A stretch of 64,000 nt of DNA from Candidatus Marinacidobacterales bacterium (GTDB taxonomy: Bacteria; Acidobacteriota; Vicinamibacteria; Marinacidobacterales; SMYC01). A model generated the notes under the pieces. That model was not told the DNA's origin. It did not search any database and saw only the letters and a list, made by a program, of their open reading frames with translations. A program made the translations under genes and the position numbers. Numbering within the stretch: position 1 is the first letter of the stretch; every line of letters begins with the position of its first letter. Below are positions 9,263 through 16,739 of this stretch, piece by piece. The DNA lies in contig CBDCYI010000005.1 of NCBI GenBank assembly GCA_965224085.1, forward strand, positions 2,016,001 through 2,080,000, read 5' to 3'.

Positions 9263-10963
9263 ATGACGTACACGTTGCAACTCGGTCTCGCTCTCGCCGT
9301 CGCGCTCGCCGCCACGACGTCCGTGAGCCTTGCCCAGAAGTCTGCGGATTCTCGGGACGCGCTCCTCAACCAGGGACCCAAGGCCCTGGCCAGCGGCGAG
9401 TCAGCCATGGTGTCGACCCAGCTCCCCAACGTCACTCGAGCCGCTCTGAGAGTTCTGGCGGACGGAGGAAATGCGGTCGATGCCTTCGTGACCGCTGTTT
9501 TTCTCCAGCACGTCGAGGATACGCATCAAGTCTCGCACTTCGGTGCGATGTCCGGCCTCTACTATGAAGCTTCCACCGGGAACTACTATGCCTTCAACGC
9601 CTTCTCGGAGCGACCCCGGGCCGATCGATGCGGGAGCGGCAAGAAGGTCGGCCGGCTCGCGATTGGAGGCACGGTGCGAGGTCTCGAATCCCTGGCCAAG
9701 CGCTTCGGCACGATACCCTGGCCGAGCTATCTCGAGCCCGCCATCGCCTCGGCGGAGCAAGGGGTCCTCGTCACGAACTTCATGTACGCCCGTAACTACA
9801 ACTTGTGGGAAACGGGAGATCTGATTCAGCAGAACGAAGAGGCGCGAGCGTTCTACATGCCGGCGGGCCACCTCGTTCCGGTGGGCGGGTACTGGAAGAT
9901 GCCGGCCCTCGCGGAGACGCTCAGAAAGGTCGCGGAACACGGAGCAGACCATCTGTACAAAGGTGAGTGGGCGCAGAAATTCGTCGAGCAGGCCAAAAAG
10001 CGTGGCTACTGCGTCACCCTCGACGATCTCGCCGAGTACGAGACGCGCTGGCTCGAGCCGGCGCATTTCACGTATCGGGGCCACGAGATCATCGTCGAGC
10101 CGCCTCCCAACAAGGGCGGCCTGCTGGTCGGCCAGAACCTGAACGTACTGGAACAGTTCGACCTGAAGAGCAAAGGCCATTACGCGGAGTCGGCCGAGAC
10201 GCTCGAGATCATGGTCCGGAGCTTCGGCAAAGTCGAATCGGACATGAAGTGGTCGATCCAGGATCCGGCCGCCTACCACAACCCGTTCGAGCTCTGGTAC
10301 TCGAAGGAGTACGCGAAGATGAGCGCCGAGTACGTCCGGCAGACGATGCCGCAGCCGGGCGTCGATCTGTCGTCGGCGATGAAACGCGTGGCCATGGACA
10401 CCAAGGTGGCGTCGAACGTGATGAACCTGGGCAGCAACCACAACGTGATCGTCGACGCCGAAGGCAACTGGATTACGTCGCTCCACACCGGACACGGCGG
10501 TGCACCCGGTATCTTCATCGACGGCGTCCGCGCGACGGGCAGCGGGGTCAAAGCCGAGACGATGGGCCCGGGACGGCGCATTCTCGCCGAAGTGACGGGC
10601 GTGTTCGTGGCCCGAGACGGAAAGCCCTGGCTCTCGCTGGGGACACCCGGCTTTCCACCGCAACCGGTAACCGAAGTTCTCGTCAATATCCTTGACTTCG
10701 GGATGCATCCAAAGGAGGCCGCCGCCGTACCGCGATTCTGGGCTTTCCTCTACCGTCAGACGGACCGTCGCCTTCTTCGCATCGAATCGCGGATCTCGGA
10801 GAGCGTTCGCAACGGCATGGCAAGAAGTGGCATCCAGCTGGAAGAGCTCGGGGACTACAACTGGCATACCGGCTCGATGCAGATCGTCTGGCGGGATGCG
10901 GCGACCGGAAGGATTCACGGAGTCAGCGATCCGAGGCGACTCGGCCATGCCGAAGGCTTCTGA
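9263..10963 (+). CDS. GGT-fold Ntn hydrolase 1 (divergent, secreted)
   Basis: RBS AGGAGG; signal peptide; GGNAVDA, LEPAI, PPPNKGG, GSNHNVIVDAEGN, SDPRR. Confidence 0.85.
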   Translation: MTYTLQLGLALAVALAATTSVSLAQKSADSRDALLNQGPKALASGESAMVSTQLPNVTRAALRVLADGGNAVDAFVTAVFLQHVEDTHQVSHFGAMSGLYYEASTGNYYAFNAFSERPRADRCGSGKKVGRLAIGGTVRGLESLAKRFGTIPWPSYLEPAIASAEQGVLVTNFMYARNYNLWETGDLIQQNEEARAFYMPAGHLVPVGGYWKMPALAETLRKVAEHGADHLYKGEWAQKFVEQAKKRGYCVTLDDLAEYETRWLEPAHFTYRGHEIIVEPPPNKGGLLVGQNLNVLEQFDLKSKGHYAESAETLEIMVRSFGKVESDMKWSIQDPAAYHNPFELWYSKEYAKMSAEYVRQTMPQPGVDLSSAMKRVAMDTKVASNVMNLGSNHNVIVDAEGNWITSLHTGHGGAPGIFIDGVRATGSGVKAETMGPGRRILAEVTGVFVARDGKPWLSLGTPGFPPQPVTEVLVNILDFGMHPKEAAAVPRFWAFLYRQTDRRLLRIESRISESVRNGMARSGIQLEELGDYNWHTGSMQIVWRDAATGRIHGVSDPRRLGHAEGF

Positions 10964-10964
10964 G

Positions 10965-11135
10965 CAGGCGGCTCCTGAGAATGCATCGGCAGAGGCTGCC
11001 GAAGAGGAGGACGGGAGCAGCGAACGAGGAGTGAGCGACCATTGATGAAAGGCCGAAAGGCCGAAAAGCCGACGACACACCGAGCGCCGAGCGAGGAGCG
11101 AGGCGCCAGGCGCGCGAACGAGCAGTGAGCGCACA
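10965..11135. repeat. Intergenic repeat-derived sequence
   Basis: Two copies of gaacgag(g/c)agtgagcg plus aaaggccg tandem units; same motif family as 149-247. Confidence 0.5.
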
Positions 11136-11159
11136 ATGATACAAAAAAGGAGGAACGTA

Positions 11160-12881
11160 ATGAGAAGATCTAAATGGACCCAAGTCCTGGCAGTGGTGGG
11201 CGTCATCGCCTTTGCCTCCGCCGGGATAGCACAGGACGTACCGACCGACCCCGCCGATCCCCGGCTCAACCAGGGACCGAAACCGGAGGCGATCGGGGAG
11301 AAGGTCATGGTGGCCACCCAGCTGCCGCAGGTCAGCAATGTGGCGATCCAGGTGATGAAGGATGGAGGCAATGCGGTAGATGCCATGGTGGCGGCCGTCT
11401 TCATGCAGCACGTGAACGATTTTCACCAGGTCTCTCACTTCGGCTCGATGTCGGTCATCGGTTATGACGCCGCGACCGACAAGTACTGGGCGCTGAACGC
11501 GGTCTCCGAGCGCCCGCCGGCCGATCGCCACGAGCACGGGGACCCCGAGAAGGTCGCCATCGGTGGCGTCGTGCGCGGTCTCGAAGCGATCGCCGAACGC
11601 TACGGAAGCGGCACCATGGAGTGGTCGAGCTACCTTCAGCCGGCCATCACCTCGGCGGAGGAAGGCGTTGTCGTGACCTCCTTCATGTACGGCATCAACT
11701 ACGGGCTCATGGAGCGAGGTGAGCTCGTCAAGAACCCGGAGGCGCGCCAGGCCTACATGGCGAACGGTCATCTCGTTCCGGTCGGAGAGCGCTGGAAGCG
11801 CCCGAAGTTCGCCGAGACGCTTCGCAAGGTCGCCTCCGAAGGGGCCGACTACCTCTACACCGGAGCCTGGGCCAAGAAGTTCGTCGAGGCCGCCAACAAG
11901 AAAGACTATGCGGTCAGCATGCAGGACCTGGCGGAGTACGAGCCGAAGTGGGACGAGCCGACACGATTCACTTATCGGGGCCTCGAGTTCTACGGCTCCC
12001 CACCGCCGGACACCGGTGGCCTGATCGTCGGAAGCAACCTCAACATTCTGGAGAACTTCGATCTGAAGAGCATGGGCCACTACAGTGAGTCGCCCGAGGC
12101 CCTCGAGATCATGATCCGCGCCTTCGGCCGGGTCAACGACGAGACCCGTTGGGTCATCAAGGATCCGCTCAATTTCCGCATCCCCTCGGAGCTCTGGCTC
12201 TCCAAAGAGTACGGAAAGATGGGAGCCAAGTTCGTGGAGAACACGATGCTGCTTCCCAAAGTGGACCTCGCTCCCGCCACCGAGACCACCGCCGCATTGG
12301 TACAGCCGGCGACGCCGCTGTTTCCCGCCGGCGCCGACGGTGCGGACAGCGCCGATCTGGGAAGCAACCACAACGTCATCGTGGACTCGCAAGGGAACTG
12401 GGTGTCGATGCTCCACACCGGACACGGTGGTGCCCCGGGCATCTTCATCGATGGGGTGAGGGCGACGGGAAGTGGCGCCCGCGCCTACACCGCGGGTCCC
12501 GGCCGTCGACTGGTCCTGCCGATCACCGGGATCATCGTCGCCAAGGACGGAAAGCCGTGGCTGGCGATGGGTACCCCCGGCTCGCCTCCGCAGCCGGTGA
12601 CCGAGGTTCTGGTGAACATCATCGACTACGGCATGCATCCGAAAGATGCCGCAGACGCGCCGCGCTTCTGGGCCTTCCGAAACGACGAACGTGGGGTTCG
12701 CATCGAGTCCCGCATCTCCGACAGCGTGCGGAAGGGCATGAAGAGGAGGGGGATCAAGGTGACCGATCTCGGTGATTACAACTGGCACACCGGCTCCATG
12801 CAGATCATCTGGATGGGTGAGGACGGGAAGCTTCACGGAGCCACCGATCCCCGACGACTCGGAACGGTCATAGGTTACTGA
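11160..12881 (+). CDS. GGT-fold Ntn hydrolase 2 (divergent, secreted)
   Basis: RBS AGGAGG; signal peptide; GGNAVDA, GSNHNVIVDSQGN, GTPGSPPQP, TDPRR. Confidence 0.85.
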   Translation: MRRSKWTQVLAVVGVIAFASAGIAQDVPTDPADPRLNQGPKPEAIGEKVMVATQLPQVSNVAIQVMKDGGNAVDAMVAAVFMQHVNDFHQVSHFGSMSVIGYDAATDKYWALNAVSERPPADRHEHGDPEKVAIGGVVRGLEAIAERYGSGTMEWSSYLQPAITSAEEGVVVTSFMYGINYGLMERGELVKNPEARQAYMANGHLVPVGERWKRPKFAETLRKVASEGADYLYTGAWAKKFVEAANKKDYAVSMQDLAEYEPKWDEPTRFTYRGLEFYGSPPPDTGGLIVGSNLNILENFDLKSMGHYSESPEALEIMIRAFGRVNDETRWVIKDPLNFRIPSELWLSKEYGKMGAKFVENTMLLPKVDLAPATETTAALVQPATPLFPAGADGADSADLGSNHNVIVDSQGNWVSMLHTGHGGAPGIFIDGVRATGSGARAYTAGPGRRLVLPITGIIVAKDGKPWLAMGTPGSPPQPVTEVLVNIIDYGMHPKDAADAPRFWAFRNDERGVRIESRISDSVRKGMKRRGIKVTDLGDYNWHTGSMQIIWMGEDGKLHGATDPRRLGTVIGY

Positions 12882-12895
12882 CACTACATTGGATG

Positions 12896-12924
12896 GCGGG
12901 GTCTCTGACTCGAGGGGCCCCGCC
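12896..12924 (+). other. Intergenic stem-loop
   Basis: ggcggggtctct-N6-aggggccccgcc, no U-tract. Confidence 0.4.
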
Positions 12925-12940
12925 TCGAAAAGGAGGGGGC

Positions 12941-14662
12941 ATGCACTGCGCAAAAGCCATGCGGATGATACTGGTTGGTCTGCTCACCTGGCTCTCTGTG
13001 TCGACCGCCTGGAGCCAACCGACCCTGCCCGACGATGCACGGGACGCCATCTACAACCAGGGCCCGAAGCAGGAAGCGGTCGGCGACAAGGTGATGGTGT
13101 CGACGCAGCTTCCCATCGTGACCGAGACCGCCCTTCAGGTTCTTCGCGACGGGGGTAATGCGATCGATGCCTTCGTCACCGCCGTCTTTCTTCAAAACGT
13201 CGTCGACTATCACCAGGTGAGTCTCTTCGGTGCCATGGGCGGGCTCTATTACGAGGCGGCCACCGGGAAGTACCACGTCTTCGAGTCCTACTCGGAGAGA
13301 CCGCTCGCGGGTCGCTGTGGCGAAGGCGATCCTTCCAAGGTGGCCATCGGCGGCAAAGTGGCGGGCCTGAACGCTCTCGCCGAACGATTCGGCACCCGCA
13401 AGTGGGCGGAGTATCTCGATCCGGCCATCGCCGCGGCGGAAGAAGGTGTTCTAGTCACCTCCTTCATGTACGGCAGCAACTACAACAACTGGGAAACGGG
13501 CGACCTCATCCAGCAGAACGAGGAGGCCAGAGATTTCTACATGCCGGAGGGTCATCTCGTTCCGGTGGGCCACCGCTGGAAGATGCCGAAAGTGGCGGAG
13601 ACGTTGCGCCATATCGCCTCGGAGGGGGCCGACTATCTCTACACCGGCGCCTGGGGGAAGAAGTTCGTCGAGAAGTCACGCGAGAAAGGTTATTGCGTGA
13701 GCCTCGAAGACATGGCGGACTTCCAGGTGCGCTGGTCCGATCCCGTCCGCTCCACGTACCGCGGCTACGAGATCGTGAGCGAGTCGCCACCGAAAAAGGG
13801 TGGCGTTCAGATCGCCTACAACCTCAACATTCTCGAGAACTTCGATCTGAAGAGCCTCGGTCACTACGCGACGTCGGCGGAAAGCCTCGAGATCCTGACG
13901 AGGGCGCTCGGCAGGGTGGAGAACGATATGCGGTACGGGATCGCCGATCCGAAGGCGTTTCAGATCCCAACCGAGGTGTGGCTGTCGAAAGACTACGCCC
14001 GGTTCGGCGCCGATTTCGTACGGCAGACGATGGTCGTTCCCAACGTGGATTTGACGCCGGCCAAAGCAACGGCAGCGCTCCATCGTCTGGCCCCGACACG
14101 GATCGCGCGGTCCGCCGACGCGCCGCCGCTGGTCGACGAGAGCAATCACAACGTCATCGTCGATGCCGAAGGGAACTGGATCACGTCGCTTCACACCGGA
14201 CATGGCGGCGCGCCGGGGATCTTCATCGACGGCTTGCGGGCGACCGGGAGCGGTTTTCCCGGCCAGACGGTGGGCCCAGGCCGGCGGGTGAGCCCCAACA
14301 GCACCGGTACGATCGTGGCCAAGGACGGAAAGCCGTGGCTCGCTCTCGGCTCGCCGGGCGTACCGCCCCAGCCGGTGACCCAGATACTGGTGAACATCAT
14401 CGACTTCGGCATGGATCCCGGCGACGCCGCGGACGCACCGCGCTTTTTCGCCTTCCGTACCAACGAGCGGGTTCTGGCCATCGAGTCCCGCATCTCCGAC
14501 GACGTGCGAAAGGGTCTGAAGGCCCGCGGCATCAAGATCGAAGACCTTGGTCCGTACAACTGGCACACCGGCTCCATGCAAATCGTCTGGAGGGATCCGG
14601 AGACGGGAAAGCTTCACGGCGTGAGCGATCCCCGCCGACTCGGCCGCGCCGCCGGCTTCTGA
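12941..14662 (+). CDS. GGT-fold Ntn hydrolase 3 (divergent, secreted)
   Basis: RBS AGGAGG; signal peptide; GGNAIDA, ESNHNVIVDAEGN, GSPGVPPQP, SDPRR. Confidence 0.85.
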   Translation: MHCAKAMRMILVGLLTWLSVSTAWSQPTLPDDARDAIYNQGPKQEAVGDKVMVSTQLPIVTETALQVLRDGGNAIDAFVTAVFLQNVVDYHQVSLFGAMGGLYYEAATGKYHVFESYSERPLAGRCGEGDPSKVAIGGKVAGLNALAERFGTRKWAEYLDPAIAAAEEGVLVTSFMYGSNYNNWETGDLIQQNEEARDFYMPEGHLVPVGHRWKMPKVAETLRHIASEGADYLYTGAWGKKFVEKSREKGYCVSLEDMADFQVRWSDPVRSTYRGYEIVSESPPKKGGVQIAYNLNILENFDLKSLGHYATSAESLEILTRALGRVENDMRYGIADPKAFQIPTEVWLSKDYARFGADFVRQTMVVPNVDLTPAKATAALHRLAPTRIARSADAPPLVDESNHNVIVDAEGNWITSLHTGHGGAPGIFIDGLRATGSGFPGQTVGPGRRVSPNSTGTIVAKDGKPWLALGSPGVPPQPVTQILVNIIDFGMDPGDAADAPRFFAFRTNERVLAIESRISDDVRKGLKARGIKIEDLGPYNWHTGSMQIVWRDPETGKLHGVSDPRRLGRAAGF

Positions 14663-14668
14663 AGTACC

Positions 14669-14694
14669 GAGGGGGAGCCGAGGGGCTCCCCCTC
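14669..14694 (+). terminator. Stem-loop (terminator or mRNA-stabilising hairpin)
   Basis: gagggggagcc-gagg-ggctccccctc, perfect 11-bp stem; weak U-tract. Confidence 0.5.
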
Positions 14695-14718
14695 AGACTT
14701 CATGCAATGGTGGACGTG

Positions 14719-16332
14719 ATGAAAAGAAGCACTCTCGCCGCAATTCTTGGTTCCGTTGTACTGGCTCCTGCACCGGCCTATTCGCAAGGCGCCCACGCGG
14801 ACGTCGTTCGCTTGTACGATGAGCTCCAGGAGCTCCGAGAGCCAGAGTTCGTCGACGGTGTGCCGGATCTTTCATCGGAAGCGATAGAGAAGCAGAAGCG
14901 CGGCCTGGAAGCACTCCGTCGCGAGCTGAACATGATCGAGCCGAGAGCCTGGCCCGTTCCGCAACAGGTGGACTACCTGCTGGTGCGCGCGAAGATGGAC
15001 GAACTCGACTTTCATCATCGCGTCATAAAGCCGTGGGCGCGCGACCCGGGCTTCTATCTCGACTCGATAGCACAGATACCTTTTGCCGAGGTCCCGCTCG
15101 ACTCCGGGGAAGCCTCCGAGCTCGAACGTCGACTGCGGTCGGTGCCCGCCGTCCTGGAGCAGGCGAAGTCGTACTTGACGGAAGGCGCCCGCGATCTTTT
15201 GGTGGTCGCCCTCAGAAACCTGAAAGAGTCACGCCGCGTCGGCGGGGGACAGCCGATGCGGAACGAGCCACCCCCGGGTGTGGTTGGCTGGTACCAGGAC
15301 CTCGTCGAGCGCCTTGCCGACCAACATTCCGACCTGGTGCCGGTGGCGAAGGAAGCTCTCGCTGCCGTCGAGGGCTACCGGGACTGGCTCGAGGAGAACC
15401 GGGAGCAGATGACCGCTCCAGGTGGCATCGGACTCGACGACTACGACTGGTTCTTGAAGCACGCCCGCCTGATGCCCTTTACCGCCGGCGACGTGCGGGC
15501 CTTGGGAGAGCGGGAGGAGCAGCGCGGGTGGGCTTTTCTGAAGATCGAGCAGAACCAGAATCGAGACCTTCCCGAGCTCGAGCTGGCGAAAACAAGAGAA
15601 GAGTACATTGGACGCGTGCGGGAGGCGGACGTGCACATCCGGGCGTTCATCCGCACCGAGGGCATCTTGACGATCCCCGATTTCATCGGAGAGCTTGACC
15701 GGCACGTCCCGTGGGTGGAGCGTCCGACCGACTATCTTCGCTTCTGGGAGCAGCTCCAGTATCGCGATCCCCGTACCGACCACGTGCACGCCACGATCCC
15801 CGGCCACCAGTTCGACGGACGGATCCAGGCCCGGGACGAGCGGCCCATCCGGGCTGGGTACCGGGACGGCGCCCGCGGCGAAGGCTGGGGTTTCTATCTG
15901 GAAGAGATGATGCTTCAGGCCGGTCTTCTCGACGAGCGGCCCCGAGCTCGCGAGCTCTACTACATCGCCCAGCTCGGCCGGGCGGTCCGCATCGCCTCGG
16001 AGCTCATGATGCACGGCCGGGAGGGGTCGATCGAAGAGGCGGTCCGCTACATGCTCGAGCACACGCCCTGGATGGACGAGCACGTCGCCTGGTTCGACTG
16101 CGAGGTGTACCTGCGGCGGCCGACCTATGGCATTGGCTACACGATCGGAGCCGTCCAGATTCAGCAGCTCTTGTCCGACCGGGCCCGTCAGCTCGGGGAG
16201 GCCTTCGACCTTCGCGAGTTCCACGACGCGATTCTGGGCGCGGGGCGGATTCCCATCTCGATGACCCGATGGGAGATGACCGGCCTGGGCGATGAAGGGA
16301 GCAGGTTTTTTGACGACTCAGGCGGGCAGTAG
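14719..16332 (+). CDS. DUF885 family protein 4, secreted
   Basis: C-terminal part of ORF 13402..16332; MKRSTLAAILG signal; VHATIPGHQFD, GEGWGFYLEE, FDLREFHD. Confidence 0.8.
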   Translation: MKRSTLAAILGSVVLAPAPAYSQGAHADVVRLYDELQELREPEFVDGVPDLSSEAIEKQKRGLEALRRELNMIEPRAWPVPQQVDYLLVRAKMDELDFHHRVIKPWARDPGFYLDSIAQIPFAEVPLDSGEASELERRLRSVPAVLEQAKSYLTEGARDLLVVALRNLKESRRVGGGQPMRNEPPPGVVGWYQDLVERLADQHSDLVPVAKEALAAVEGYRDWLEENREQMTAPGGIGLDDYDWFLKHARLMPFTAGDVRALGEREEQRGWAFLKIEQNQNRDLPELELAKTREEYIGRVREADVHIRAFIRTEGILTIPDFIGELDRHVPWVERPTDYLRFWEQLQYRDPRTDHVHATIPGHQFDGRIQARDERPIRAGYRDGARGEGWGFYLEEMMLQAGLLDERPRARELYYIAQLGRAVRIASELMMHGREGSIEEAVRYMLEHTPWMDEHVAWFDCEVYLRRPTYGIGYTIGAVQIQQLLSDRARQLGEAFDLREFHDAILGAGRIPISMTRWEMTGLGDEGSRFFDDSGGQ

Positions 16333-16590
16333 AGAGCTTCGGATAGGGGAAGTTCAATTTTCCGAACGGAACGATCCAGCTGCCCGGATTGCCGTTCCGC
16401 GAAAATATATTCCAGCTAAACCACACAACACGAAGGGATTACGGGCTTGACGCGGCGCGTCACGGTCCAGGGCAATTTAAACTCTTGGGTCAAGAAAACC
16501 AAAATCTTGAATCTCCCTCGATCCAGAGACGGACCATACATCTAACATCAATGTTCTGAATGAGTTGTGAGCATTCACTGGAGGATCAAG

Positions 16591-16606
16591 TGGTATGTAT
16601 ATTGCA
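16591..16606 (+). promoter_or_regulatory. Sigma54-type -24/-12 promoter upstream of TBDR1
   Basis: TGGTATG-TATA-TTGCA (GG-N10-GC) in an AT-rich intergenic region. Confidence 0.55.
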
Positions 16607-16739
16607 TCCGTACCAAATGAGAGTTGTTCATTCGTGCCTTTGTTTTACTCGCCAGTGAACCGGGGATCGCTTCCTCGGTTTTGTCTATTTCTCGCCGGAC
16701 GCTGATCGAGTGGGCTCGGCGGCAAGGAGGATCCAAGCT

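Noticed and set aside
3984-12953. Long antisense ORFs (3984..5600, 7437..9143, 9401..11404, 10923..12953)
   Set aside because: Shadows of GC-rich sense genes; no recognisable motifs, and they overlap well-supported CDSs.
13402-14718. 976-aa ORF suggesting a GGT-DUF885 fusion or overlap
   Set aside because: The Arg/Gly-rich alternative frame of GGT3; DUF885-4 has its own signal peptide at about 14719.
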